From the NCBI GenBank assembly GCA_964658545.1, contig CAZZZY010000001.1:1-50011 (forward strand): a DNA stretch of 50,011 bases, read 5' to 3'. Position numbers and translations under genes: made by a program. Positions 1 through 10,286 of this stretch are shown piece after piece; position 1 is the stretch's first letter; each line of letters starts with the position of its first letter. This DNA is from an uncultured Acetobacteraceae bacterium. GTDB taxonomy: Bacteria; Cyanobacteriota; Cyanobacteriia; Cyanobacteriales; Nostocaceae. The notes beneath the pieces were generated by a model that did not search any database, had not been told where the DNA came from, and was given only the letters and a program-made list of their open reading frames with translations.

Positions 1-2604
1 TCCCTCACTCCCTCACTCCCCCACCACCCCACCTTCCAACTACCTCAATCTGGATTGGTGGCCCTGTGGAGTGACATGGGTACAGGTAAAACCGAGCTAA
101 TGCGGCGCTGGCGGGACAAAAACCCAGATAAAAAATTCCTCAACAATGGACATCGGGTTAACTTGCTCAAAAACCTGTCAAATCGCCTGCAAACAGAAAT
201 ATATTCCGCACTCCAGCATGGAGATTTAGCCAAAGTACAAGCTCTCAGCATCACCATCGACAGCTTGCACAAACTCAATACCAACGCCCTCAATTACGGC
301 TGTGTCTTTATTGATGAAGCCTGCCAGTACTTAACGCACCTCTTACACAGCAAAACTTGCAAGGAGCATCGGGCTGCAATTCTTGAAGTCCTAGAATATC
401 TCGTGTACAATGCACCACTAGTGGTAATCGCCGATGCCCACATGGACGATGTGACAGTGGACTTCTTCCGGGCAATGCGTCCTTCATGGGAAGTACCATA
501 CATCATCAAAAATAATTGGAAAAATGGCGATCGCTTAGTTTATTGGTATGAAGGCGATAATTCTTCTGCCCTAGTCGCTCAGATTTCGGCAGCGCTGATG
601 ATGGGACAGAAGATCATGGTGGTTTCCGACTCGAAGCGCTTTATTAAGAAACTTGAACAGTCGCTCTCTATGTCGGTGCGGGTGGAAGACTCAGATGAGC
701 AGGAGCAGGGTATCGGGTGTCAGGTTTTGGGTGTTGGGGAAGAAAGCACAGCAGCGCCTACAGCCCCATACACTTCCGATGGCAGTCTAGGGGAAAGTGT
801 CTCACCCATAACGGGAGAAACCAGAGTACACAACTTTGCTGACCACAGATCCCAGCCCCAGAGGGAACCCCTAGCCCCCATGCCAACTCATGGCACTACA
901 CCCCAGACCTGCAACCCCACACCCCTAAGAGTATGGGCGATTCACTCCGAAAACTCCGGGAGTGAAGAAAATGTCGCCTTCATTAAAGACATAACTAACG
1001 CTGTAAAGAGCCTGGATGCCCTTTTAACCTCTCCTAGCTTGGGTACAGGGGTCGATATCCCTGAATATCATTTTGATGCCGTTTTTGGCGTTTTTCACGG
1101 GGTTTCCCAAACTGCTACTGAGTGCGCCCAACAACTCTGGCGCTATCGCCCAAAAGTACCAATTCACGTCTGGGTAGCACCGCGACCTCCCTTTGGCTAC
1201 CTTGACACCAACGCCACCAAAATCAAAGAACGGTTACTGCAAACCAATGAAATGACAGCTTTCCTGCTGCGGATTGACAGGGATTCTGGCAAGCGGGGCG
1301 CTGAGAAAGATTGGGCATTAGATGCGTACTGCCAAATCATGGCTTCTCGTCATCAATCCATTAACAATCTGCGGGCTGATTTGCGCGACTTGTTGAGTGA
1401 GATGGGCAATCAAATTATACCTATGGGTGCAGATTCGGATGATCTCGCCCAGGAGCAGTTGAAAAATGCTGCTACTGCGTTGGATGCTGCTTATTGTGCA
1501 GCTGTTGCTAAAGCTAGGGATATTTCTCCTAGTGAGTATCGCTCAAAGCAAAGTAAAGATTACCTCAAGCCGGAGGAAGTCTTTGAATGCGAGAAATTCC
1601 GCATCAAAGATGCTTACGGGATGGAGGTGACAGAATCGCTGGTAGAAAAAGATAAAAAAGGTAAATTAATTCGTTCTATTGCTTCGCTGGAAGCAATAAT
1701 CTCAGAGCCATCAGGCACAATTGCTGACCCGCATACAGGTAAATTATACCCCTTACCACCAGCGATTGTGGCGGAGAAAGACCGCTTTGAGCGGTTGCAC
1801 TTGCCGTTGTGTATGGACTGGGGGAATTATTCGGTTGCTTGGCTGGCTAGATCTACTTTGGGATTGCCAAATATCCTCAAACGCTTAATTGATGGAGAGG
1901 AAGTTACGGCTCATGACCCGGAATTGGTGCAAATGTCCAAGCTTGCTGTACGCTTAACACCTCACATTAAAGCGATTTTAGGGTTTACGGTTCCTGCTGA
2001 CTGCAAACCTATATGGTTGTTGGGGACAATGCTTGACCAGTTGGGATTAAAACTCTCTGACCATAAAGTAGGCCCCAAGGGCAAACAAGTTAAACATTTT
2101 TTACTTTCAACGGCGGAATTGGATTTTGCTCATGCGGTAATTGCCCACCGTGCCAGTAAGCGTGCCCAAAAGGAAGAACGGGCGCGTCAAGCAGATATTG
2201 ACCAACAGCGATATCAGGCTGGAATGCAGGCTAGATATGGGGTTGCACCTCCGACTGTCCCGGTATCCACCCCCCCCCATAATGGTATAGGGGAACCCCC
2301 ATTGGGAGGGGTGGATACTACCGAGAATAAGGGGGTGGATTTGTCCAAGGGCAATAATTCCTCCCCCAAATATGAAGTCGGTGGGGATTGGCAACCTAAC
2401 GATGGGGACAGCACCCCAATTGAAACCAGCCTCCAGATGCTTCGCTCAGCGATTGTGCAGGGTGTGGAGGCGGTAAAAGCCACAATATGCCGTTGGACTT
2501 CTGAGCGACGGTGGTGTGCTGTGCTGCTGCTGGAGGAAATAGCATCAGGTGAGCTACGTAAATTGGAGCAAATGATGCCGCATTTTTATACGTTATTGAG
2601 TTGA
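1..2604 (+). CDS. Plasmid replication protein, CyRepA1 type, C-terminal helicase/origin-binding part (5' partial; continues from 48934..50011)
   Basis: Frame is open from base 1. Walker A-like SDMGTGKT, Walker B FIDEA, SPSLGTGVDI and QQLWRYR motifs are typical of cyanobacterial DUF3854-helicase Rep proteins. Confidence 0.85.
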   Translation, partial: SLTPSLPHHPTFQLPQSGLVALWSDMGTGKTELMRRWRDKNPDKKFLNNGHRVNLLKNLSNRLQTEIYSALQHGDLAKVQALSITIDSLHKLNTNALNYGCVFIDEACQYLTHLLHSKTCKEHRAAILEVLEYLVYNAPLVVIADAHMDDVTVDFFRAMRPSWEVPYIIKNNWKNGDRLVYWYEGDNSSALVAQISAALMMGQKIMVVSDSKRFIKKLEQSLSMSVRVEDSDEQEQGIGCQVLGVGEESTAAPTAPYTSDGSLGESVSPITGETRVHNFADHRSQPQREPLAPMPTHGTTPQTCNPTPLRVWAIHSENSGSEENVAFIKDITNAVKSLDALLTSPSLGTGVDIPEYHFDAVFGVFHGVSQTATECAQQLWRYRPKVPIHVWVAPRPPFGYLDTNATKIKERLLQTNEMTAFLLRIDRDSGKRGAEKDWALDAYCQIMASRHQSINNLRADLRDLLSEMGNQIIPMGADSDDLAQEQLKNAATALDAAYCAAVAKARDISPSEYRSKQSKDYLKPEEVFECEKFRIKDAYGMEVTESLVEKDKKGKLIRSIASLEAIISEPSGTIADPHTGKLYPLPPAIVAEKDRFERLHLPLCMDWGNYSVAWLARSTLGLPNILKRLIDGEEVTAHDPELVQMSKLAVRLTPHIKAILGFTVPADCKPIWLLGTMLDQLGLKLSDHKVGPKGKQVKHFLLSTAELDFAHAVIAHRASKRAQKEERARQADIDQQRYQAGMQARYGVAPPTVPVSTPPHNGIGEPPLGGVDTTENKGVDLSKGNNSSPKYEVGGDWQPNDGDSTPIETSLQMLRSAIVQGVEAVKATICRWTSERRWCAVLLLEEIASGELRKLEQMMPHFYTLLS

Positions 2605-2758
2605 ACGTACTGTTTCGTACTTAAACTCGGACGCGAACGTTAACCGTAACCGCTTGAATTGTCGATGCGGTATAGTTTGGGCTGCTAATTTTTTTTGGTA
2701 CGTTCCCTGAGGTGGCGAAAAGATTTTTCGTTTTTCTCGCATGGAAAGTCAGTTAAAT

Positions 2759-3409
2759 TTAGAACAGCTTATTATTCTTTTTCGACATAAATTCTGCTTC
2801 TTCTTCAGCAGTAAATTGCCGACAAATTTGTATCCATTGCTTTGATGAGAGATAGTAAACATAAGATTGTTCGGCGGTGGCTGCATACAAACATTGCAAG
2901 CACACGTCTTGGTATTTTGGATTTGTCTCTCCTTCTAAGAGAAAAATCTTTAAAATTTCAGGTAACGTTAAATTCCTGTGAATAATTCTATTTGACTCGT
3001 TCAGGTCTTCAACTTCCAAACTAGAAAGAATAGGACAAACAGTTTCTGACCAATCACAATGATAAATATTACCGCCCGGTATTTTCACCATCATCCATAT
3101 TGGTTCGTATGGGTAGGGAGATACACAAGTAAAATCCTCATTCTGCCCAATCATCCATCCAGAGGTTGACTCTGAACCAAAGAAATATTCGCCATCGGTT
3201 AAACAAGCTATACGAACTTTTTCCCGATCAGAAGCCGACAAAAAACCAAGTTCTGTTGCTCGGTCTAAAGCTTTTTCAATACCCCAAGGTTCAAAACTAC
3301 TTGCCCCTGACCAATGTTGTTTACAATCTGGCTCATCCCATCCTTTATCCCAATATCCAAATTCCCAAACGGTTATCATTGGGTCAAATTTAAATTCTGT
3401 GTTCTTCAT
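2759..3409 (-). CDS. Hypothetical protein
   Basis: Long ORF with no recognisable motif; the start could also be 3466. Confidence 0.6.
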   Translation of the reverse strand: MKNTEFKFDPMITVWEFGYWDKGWDEPDCKQHWSGASSFEPWGIEKALDRATELGFLSASDREKVRIACLTDGEYFFGSESTSGWMIGQNEDFTCVSPYPYEPIWMMVKIPGGNIYHCDWSETVCPILSSLEVEDLNESNRIIHRNLTLPEILKIFLLEGETNPKYQDVCLQCLYAATAEQSYVYYLSSKQWIQICRQFTAEEEAEFMSKKNNKLF

Positions 3410-3712
3410 ACCAATCTCACGGCTACGCGACTTATGTCTTAGTTTGGAGTTACTGATTCCACCCATTTAACTTTCTTCTTAATTGTTCTGCGAACCGCCG
3501 AAACTCTCGCTCTAAATCCAATGGTAATGTCAACATCCAGTCTACAAAAGCCAATAAATTGAGAACATCCTTTTGTTCAAATCCCCGACAGAACGAATCA
3601 CACTAGCGACCTGCAATACTAACCCCAGACTGCCAAACTTCAACTCCAAACTGAATTTCCCAACAAATAGGTACTAAACGGGTTGACAGTACCTATTTAA
3701 TAGGTAAAGTAC

Positions 3713-4759
3713 CTATTTCTTGCGCCAACGCGCATCTGGTCCTCGCCCCAAACATTCCAGCCGCCCGGAGGTACGCTCCTGACGTAGGATGCGGCGAATT
3801 AGGTCAATTCCCACCGTGGGACATCGTTCCTGTAAATCCTTGATAGAAAAATCGTAAGCGATATTGCCAATAGCATCTAGCACCATAGCTGTTTTAGCAC
3901 CCTTGACCGAACTGACTAGCCCAACTCGCTGCTCGAACTCCCGGTACGCCGACAGCACTACTACACCCAAAAAATACTCCCACCACGGCAACAAGCTATG
4001 CTGTCCTTGATGCCAGTTTTGCGACGATTGATAAAGTGTATCGTAGTAGCTTTCTTTTGTGCGTTCTACAATCCGTTCCAAGCTAATAAACCGACCCACT
4101 TCGTAATCAGCTTTGTACAGTAACAGTAGTGTTAGCAGCCGAGCCATCCGTCCATTGCCATCACTAAAAGGGTGGATGCACAGAAAATCCAGGATGTAAG
4201 TGGGGATGAGCAGTAATGGCTCGATTTCCTCGGACTCAAAGAGGCGGTTGAACTGTTCGTGCAACCGTTGCATTGCATCTGGTGTCGCATAAGCTGGGAG
4301 TGGCCGAAATCTCACAACTTTCCTGCCATCTGGGTAAGTTTCGCTGATTTCATTATCTACCGACTTCCAGCGCCCACCCTCACCAACAGTAAACTGGTAG
4401 AGGTCACGATGCAGCTGTAATACCACTCCAGGGGTGAAAGGGATGTGAGCATAGCTGGTGTGGATGGTGGTAAGTACATCTCGATAGCCAGCAATTTCTT
4501 GTTCGGAGCGATCGCGGGGTGTAGTTTTTTCGGCTACCAGTTCCTTGATGCGTTCCAGGGGTGCTGTGATGCCTTCTATACGGTTGGAAGACTCGGTGCT
4601 TTGAATAATCGCCGCTTGACGTAGTGTCTCCAAAACTTGGGGCGACTGTTCTTTGAATAACTCCTGCTTGCCTTTATACTCACCAATAAGCCGGACGGTA
4701 CGCAGTAGATTTTGAGTAATTAGCTGGCGTTCGATAAAGCCTGGTTCAAACGACTGCAT
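3713..4759 (-). CDS. Fic family protein (AMPylase-type) with C-terminal HTH-like region
   Basis: Canonical Fic motif HPFSDGNGRMAR; N-terminal ESSNRIEG matches the (S/T)xxxE(G/N) inhibitory motif. Confidence 0.9.
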   Translation of the reverse strand: MQSFEPGFIERQLITQNLLRTVRLIGEYKGKQELFKEQSPQVLETLRQAAIIQSTESSNRIEGITAPLERIKELVAEKTTPRDRSEQEIAGYRDVLTTIHTSYAHIPFTPGVVLQLHRDLYQFTVGEGGRWKSVDNEISETYPDGRKVVRFRPLPAYATPDAMQRLHEQFNRLFESEEIEPLLLIPTYILDFLCIHPFSDGNGRMARLLTLLLLYKADYEVGRFISLERIVERTKESYYDTLYQSSQNWHQGQHSLLPWWEYFLGVVVLSAYREFEQRVGLVSSVKGAKTAMVLDAIGNIAYDFSIKDLQERCPTVGIDLIRRILRQERTSGRLECLGRGPDARWRKK

Positions 4760-4834
4760 CGACAGTTCCTATCAACTTAACTCCACCATATTCTCATTGC
4801 CTCGTCGTTTGAGTGCGATCGCGCAATTTACCTT

Positions 4835-6291
4835 ATTCGGAGAGAAGGCTCCCGCCATAATCTGTGATTTGGCGGCGAGATGAATCGTTCGCGCAGCGTG
4901 TCGTAGACAGGGCAAAAAACGAGACGTTCCCCGACTATAACTGGATGCAATCCAGTGAGTCCAAGTGAACAGTTGAGTTTTTTGCAAATCCATGTTATGA
5001 TTTACGTTAATGTACGTGACGTAAATATGCTGGTATTTGAGGCAAAACTTGAGGGGCGAGACGAACAGTATCAAGCGCTTGATGAAGCGATTAGAACTGC
5101 TCGTTTTGTTCGCAATGCAAGCCTTAGATACTGGATGGATAACAAGGGTATTGGGCGATACGACCTCAGTAAGTTCTGCGCTGTCCTTGCTGCCAATATA
5201 GAGTTTCCTTGGGTTGCCAAACTGAACTCGATGGCAAGGCAAGCTAGCGCTGAAAGGGCGTGGTCTGCAATCGCTCGATTTTTTGATAACTGCAAGAAAG
5301 GTAAACCAGGGAAAAAGGGATTTCCAAAGTTTAAGAAAGAACAAACGCATGGTTCTGTTGAGTACAAAACTTGTGGGTGGCGACTTTCTGATGACCGCAG
5401 GTATATCACTTTCTCTGATGGGTTTAAAGCAGGAACCTTTAAACTTTGGGGAACTCGTGACCTGCACTTCTACCAACTCAAGCAGTTCAAGAGGGTGCGG
5501 GTTGTGCGTCGTGCAGATGGGTATTATTGCCAGTTTTGCATTGACCAAGAGCGAGTAGAAAGGCGAGAACCAACGGGTAAAACTGTTGGTATTGACGTAG
5601 GATTGAACCACTTCTACACCGATAGTAATGGCGTTACAGTCGCCAATCCTAAACACCTGCGTAAAAGTGAAAAGTCTTTGAGGCGGTTGCAACGCCGTTT
5701 GTCTAAGACTAAAAAAGGTTCTCAAAACAGAATCAAGTTTAGAAATAAGCTTGCTCGTAAGCATCTCAAAGTAAGTCGCCAGCGTAAAGATTTTGCTGTG
5801 AAGACGGCAAGGTGCGTAGTGAAGTCTAACGACCTCGTGGCGTATGAAGATTTGATGGTGCGGAATATGGTCAAGAATCATCGCTTGGCTAAGTCAATTA
5901 GTGATGTTTCCTGGTCACTTTTTCGTGAATGGGTTGAGTATTTTGGTAAAGTTTTTGGGGTAGTAACTGTTGCAGTTCCGCCTCACTACACTAGTCAGAA
6001 TTGCTCTAATTGTGGCGAGATTGTCAAAAAGACTCTTAGTACCAGAACCCATGTTTGTCCTCATTGTGGGCATACTCAAGATAGGGATTGGAACGCGGCG
6101 CGAAACATATTAGAAAAAGGATTAAGTACGGCGGGTCACGTCGGAACTAACGCCTCTGGAGACATCGACCTCTGCTTGGGTGGGGAAGCTCCTCCAAGTA
6201 AGTCGGGTCGTGGAAAGAGGAAAACCAAAGAGCGATCTTTGGAATCCCCCGCTATATCAGGTACTCCTGATTAGCGGCGGGAGGATGTCAA
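4835..6291 (+). mobile_element. IS200/IS605-family element carrying only tnpB (IS1341-like, non-autonomous)
   Basis: Left hairpin CCCGCCA..TGGCGG at ~4850-4876; right-end hairpin CCCCGCTA..TAGCGGCGGG ending GGATGTCAA at 6291; no tnpA. Left boundary approximate. Confidence 0.75.
5027..6274 (+). CDS. tnpB: RNA-guided endonuclease TnpB
   Basis: RuvC motifs GIDVGL, AYEDL and DRDWNAA; zinc ribbon CSNC..CPHC; N-terminal HTH-like MLVFEAKL region. Confidence 0.93.
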   Translation: MLVFEAKLEGRDEQYQALDEAIRTARFVRNASLRYWMDNKGIGRYDLSKFCAVLAANIEFPWVAKLNSMARQASAERAWSAIARFFDNCKKGKPGKKGFPKFKKEQTHGSVEYKTCGWRLSDDRRYITFSDGFKAGTFKLWGTRDLHFYQLKQFKRVRVVRRADGYYCQFCIDQERVERREPTGKTVGIDVGLNHFYTDSNGVTVANPKHLRKSEKSLRRLQRRLSKTKKGSQNRIKFRNKLARKHLKVSRQRKDFAVKTARCVVKSNDLVAYEDLMVRNMVKNHRLAKSISDVSWSLFREWVEYFGKVFGVVTVAVPPHYTSQNCSNCGEIVKKTLSTRTHVCPHCGHTQDRDWNAARNILEKGLSTAGHVGTNASGDIDLCLGGEAPPSKSGRGKRKTKERSLESPAISGTPD

Positions 6292-6328
6292 GTATTTTCT
6301 GAAATGCTCAGCAGAATTCCCCTGGCGG

Positions 6329-6799
6329 TCAACCGTCCCCAAAAATACTGTCCAAATCTTGTGATGAAGCTTTACCTTGAACCATTGAAGTTGGTCGCCC
6401 CTTATGTTCTGCTTCCTGCAACGTATTTTCAACAAGAGTAGTCTTACTGTTATAGTCAGGAGCATTAGCATTTACCATCACTCCTGATTGAGGCATAACC
6501 TGATTTGGCAACACAAACTGTGGCTGTTCCACCCCCAAAGCCAAACGCATATTACTGCCGTGTTTATTAAGGGAATCCTGCGCCTCCCAACACGCAAAAC
6601 GCAGCTGCTCTTGAGTATACTTCCCATTGTGGTATCGGGCATAAGGCAACAAAGCCGCCACCAGGATATCTGCCACCTTCCGGTTAACCTCATCCTTGGG
6701 CAGAGAGTTCAGGTAGTCAACAACTTCCGCCATTGGATCGCCCTCATAAGGCTGGAGACGCAGACTCAAACTCAGGCGCTTTCTCCTAACTCTTGTCAT
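6329..6799 (-). CDS. Putative ParR-like partner of ParM
   Basis: ATG at 6799 overlaps the end of the parM-like gene; small protein with a basic N-terminus (MTRVRRKRLSLSLRL). Function inferred from position. Confidence 0.6.
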   Translation of the reverse strand: MTRVRRKRLSLSLRLQPYEGDPMAEVVDYLNSLPKDEVNRKVADILVAALLPYARYHNGKYTQEQLRFACWEAQDSLNKHGSNMRLALGVEQPQFVLPNQVMPQSGVMVNANAPDYNSKTTLVENTLQEAEHKGRPTSMVQGKASSQDLDSIFGDG

Positions 6800-8084
6800 T
6801 GGTAGCCTCCAGCCCCACCAAATAATCAAATAGCCCAAAGCAGTCCACAAGGCGAGAGGAAGTACACTGTTCCCCAAACTGCTTTTTCTCCAAGTTAAAA
6901 GTTTGTTTGACCTGCTCGCTTATACCACTATCCCAAATCATCAGTGTGAAATGTTTGTTATAATTCTTACTTTTGTATCCCGAAGTTCTAATTTTTGTAC
7001 CGCCACTACCGTAACTGTCCCTACTTAAACTAGACTGAGTTTCTATTTTTGGTTCGCAGTTGAAATATTTCTCCAACTCCGGCTCAACGTGATAAGCCGC
7101 ACCTCCACCAATAATCACCTCATCCAGTTGGGCAGGCAAAACCCGACTCATCCACCGCTGCAACTTATCCCAATACTCAGCCGTCGCCACAGAGATAGCC
7201 TTATCTATATCTTGAACTTCCTTATCTCTTAAATTTGGGTCTTTGGCACTGGCTAAAGCAATAATTGCCGCACATGTAGACCAGTTGGGACGGCGGGTGT
7301 GATTATAATTTGGGTTATATATCTCATCTTGAACAGCATACCGCGCTTGGAATATAGCTAGAGCCAAACGTTCCCGGTCTAGACCGCTCGTCATCTCAAT
7401 CACCATATCCAGCATATTGGCAAACCCCAACAGCGGACTATCTCCCAGCTTTAACTGTCCTCGGTCGAAGTAAAGTGCAGTCGTATTCCTGTGACCAAAC
7501 ATCAGCACCCCCAACTGTTGGGAACGCAACCAATCAATTCCCTGTTGCTTAATCCTCACAGCAGCCAATCCCCCACCTTCTGGACGGCATAAAAAGCGTT
7601 GCAAATTCACCTTCAATGGAGTATTTCGTACCCCAAAGCCAGCCAGCATTACTAGTAATTGCTCCTCAAACTTGCGGCGATCGCTATATTCATTCCAGGG
7701 AAGTAGCAGCGCCAACTCCACCTTTAACGGCTTTTTCGGCGATACCTTAATATTGCTAGTTTCTACAATCAGCCCAATTGCCCCCAACACCTTCCACAAA
7801 GCATTCTCGTACTTGAGTTCCTTAATTCTGTCTTGGGGGTCAAACTCTGATGCGAAATCTCCCAACACCACCACACGTTCGTTCCACTCAACCCACAATT
7901 GTTGGTCGGGGCTAGGACTGCCAATCCATCCCAAACGTGCCATGTAATTGTCGAGTTTGGTTTTGGTAATCTCTTCAACCGCAGGTGGCATTAACAAGTA
8001 ATTGGGTTTTGGGGAGCCAGCTAGCTGGTAAATAATCTTAGTTTGTGACCCACCCACGTCCACGCTGAGATAGATGTCGGTCAT
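6786..8084 (-). CDS. parM: ParM/StbA family actin-like plasmid segregation ATPase
   Basis: Actin-fold phosphate motifs SVDVGGSQTK, PEGGG, MFGHRNT and IIGGGAA. Confidence 0.85.
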   Translation of the reverse strand: MTDIYLSVDVGGSQTKIIYQLAGSPKPNYLLMPPAVEEITKTKLDNYMARLGWIGSPSPDQQLWVEWNERVVVLGDFASEFDPQDRIKELKYENALWKVLGAIGLIVETSNIKVSPKKPLKVELALLLPWNEYSDRRKFEEQLLVMLAGFGVRNTPLKVNLQRFLCRPEGGGLAAVRIKQQGIDWLRSQQLGVLMFGHRNTTALYFDRGQLKLGDSPLLGFANMLDMVIEMTSGLDRERLALAIFQARYAVQDEIYNPNYNHTRRPNWSTCAAIIALASAKDPNLRDKEVQDIDKAISVATAEYWDKLQRWMSRVLPAQLDEVIIGGGAAYHVEPELEKYFNCEPKIETQSSLSRDSYGSGGTKIRTSGYKSKNYNKHFTLMIWDSGISEQVKQTFNLEKKQFGEQCTSSRLVDCFGLFDYLVGLEATNDKS

Positions 8085-8298
8085 GCATCCAATCAGAAAA
8101 TCACTACCGCACCATCTTGGCTCAACAATGCCTCAAATCGCCTCAAAAAATCTACGTATTTTGCACCACTATTTAAATTGACCATTGAGGAATCAAGCCA
8201 TGTTAACCAACACAAATTGTGCAGAAATTGCACTCATACTGTGCCAAAGCTGCACTAGGTGCTACCCCAAAGACAGATTTCGGGTGGAGAGTATAAAA

Positions 8299-8395
8299 TA
8301 GTCGTACTCACTACGGTTATTTGCCCTACGGGTTGCCTGTGGCAATGCCTTGCTGTCGCTCGTCACAAATAACCTGCGTTCGCCCCTTCGGGGGA
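8299..8395. other. Candidate oriT / regulatory hairpin region upstream of mobV
   Basis: Inverted repeat GGTTATTTG (8315-8323) / CAAATAACC (8366-8374) plus a CCCCTTCGGGGG hairpin, directly upstream of the relaxase. Nick site not identified. Confidence 0.35.
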
Positions 8396-8498
8396 GAATC
8401 GCGGATGCTTCTATCAGCAATAAAAGCATTCACTACAGTTAATCTTCCCATCAACTAGCACAAACACACCATGAAAACCACGATAATTCAACTCAAAT

Positions 8499-10244
8499 AT
8501 GACATACGGCTACGCGATCGCTCGTACCAAAAAACTCAAACGCCACAATCTTGCTGGCAGTGAAGCGCATACTGCCCGAACACGGGAAACACCCAACGCG
8601 GATTCATCCAAACAAAATATCAGGCTCATCGGCAGCACTGAACAAAACGAACGCTTGGAAGATTTGGTGCTGGCAACAATTGCCCAGTACAAACAAAAGC
8701 GCAAGATTCGTACTGATGCTGTCTACTGTGTCGAGATTCTCCTCACCGCATCACCCCAGTACTATCGTCCCAATGATCCAACTCGCGCCGGGTACTACCA
8801 CGAAGACAAACTTAAACAATGGGTTGATGCAAACCTCAAATGGTTGCGGGAGACTTACCAAGACAGGATTGTGAGGTGCGAGTTGCACTTAGATGAGGCG
8901 ACACCACACTTGCACGCCTACCTCGTACCCCTCGACAAGGACGGACAACTCCGGTGCAATCATTTCTTCGACGGTCGTCAAAAGATGATGGCTTTTCAGG
9001 ATGACTACCACACCGCGATGCAGCACCTGGGGTTAGAAAGAGGCATCAAGGGTAGCAAAGCCCAACACCAGGATATAAAAGACTTTTACCGGATTGTTGA
9101 AGAGGGGAAAGACCTAGAACCTGGGAAACTTACAAGCGAACAACTTCAAGCTAAAGCTGCTGATAGAGATAGGGCTATTAGAAAGAAAAAGGAGATGGAA
9201 GCGACTGCTAAACAACTGGTCAAAGAAAATGAAGCGCTAGAAGCACGCATTCAACAGTTGTCAACCGAAAACCAACAGTTGCGTTCTTCCTTTAAGCAAC
9301 TTGCTGACCAACTGCGCGACCTTCCCCTAGAAGATGTGGCTTGGCATTTGGGACTAACTCAAGATACCAAAGGCAATCTCCGGTGGAAAGGTGTGGGCCA
9401 CATCATTAATATAGATGGTTCTAAATGGTATGACTTCTCCAAGAGTGTAAATAAAGGTGGCGGCGGGGCTATCGACCTGGTGATGCACGTAAACGGGTGC
9501 AACTTTAAAGAAGCGATCGCGACTTTAAATGATCGCTTTGGTGAGTCTGAAATGGAGAGAGCCGTCACCCACCACGCCAGAGAACAAGCTATTGAGATTG
9601 CCCGAACAGAACCAACGCCTCAGTTTGTACCCCCTGTCGAGGACGAAACTAACTGGCAGGCAGTTCATAATTATCTGACTCAGAAACGGGGGTTGCCATC
9701 AAAATTAGTCCAACACCTCCACACAAGCGGGTTAGTTTATGCAGACTCTCAACAAAATGCTGTGTTTTTGATGAGAGGGCTTGACGGTGAAACTACTGGG
9801 GCGTTTTTGAGGGGGACGAGAGGTGAAGACAATACTTTCATGGGATATGCCACTGGTACTAAACGTATTGAGGGGTGGTTCTACATACGCTGGGGTGGGC
9901 AACCAACAGATGAAATCCAGAGAGTAGTCCTCTGTAAATCTTCCATTGATGCATTGTCGTTCGCAATGCTGGAAGTCCAAGCACTCTTAGAAATGCCCCA
10001 ACAAAGGACAATGTACATAGCAGTAGATAGTTCTAGGAGTCTGCCTGTAGAGTTTCTCAAGACAATCCCCACAGTCATAGCTGCCTATAATAGAGATGAT
10101 GCTGGAAACGAGATGGCGCAAGCTATCAAACCACTGCTGCCAGGGGCGACTTGGATGTGTCCACAAGCATTGGACTGGAATGAGCAACTTTTAGAGCAGC
10201 AGGAAGAAAGGCGGAAACAGGAGCGGGGACTGGAACTCGACTGA
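8499..10244 (+). CDS. mobV: MobV family relaxase (Mob/Pre) with C-terminal DUF3991/Toprim-like region
   Basis: EAHTAR and ELHLDEATPHLHAY (HxDExTPHxH) motifs; coiled coil; GGGAIDLVMHV and DWNE primase-like C-terminus. Confidence 0.9.
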   Translation: MTYGYAIARTKKLKRHNLAGSEAHTARTRETPNADSSKQNIRLIGSTEQNERLEDLVLATIAQYKQKRKIRTDAVYCVEILLTASPQYYRPNDPTRAGYYHEDKLKQWVDANLKWLRETYQDRIVRCELHLDEATPHLHAYLVPLDKDGQLRCNHFFDGRQKMMAFQDDYHTAMQHLGLERGIKGSKAQHQDIKDFYRIVEEGKDLEPGKLTSEQLQAKAADRDRAIRKKKEMEATAKQLVKENEALEARIQQLSTENQQLRSSFKQLADQLRDLPLEDVAWHLGLTQDTKGNLRWKGVGHIINIDGSKWYDFSKSVNKGGGGAIDLVMHVNGCNFKEAIATLNDRFGESEMERAVTHHAREQAIEIARTEPTPQFVPPVEDETNWQAVHNYLTQKRGLPSKLVQHLHTSGLVYADSQQNAVFLMRGLDGETTGAFLRGTRGEDNTFMGYATGTKRIEGWFYIRWGGQPTDEIQRVVLCKSSIDALSFAMLEVQALLEMPQQRTMYIAVDSSRSLPVEFLKTIPTVIAAYNRDDAGNEMAQAIKPLLPGATWMCPQALDWNEQLLEQQEERRKQERGLELD

Positions 10245-10286
10245 ATAGCGTTCGCTCTTCATTAATTTGGAGCAATGGGGGGTTCT

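Noticed and set aside
4772-5881. 369-aa minus-strand ORF
   Set aside because: Antisense shadow of tnpB with no recognisable motifs.
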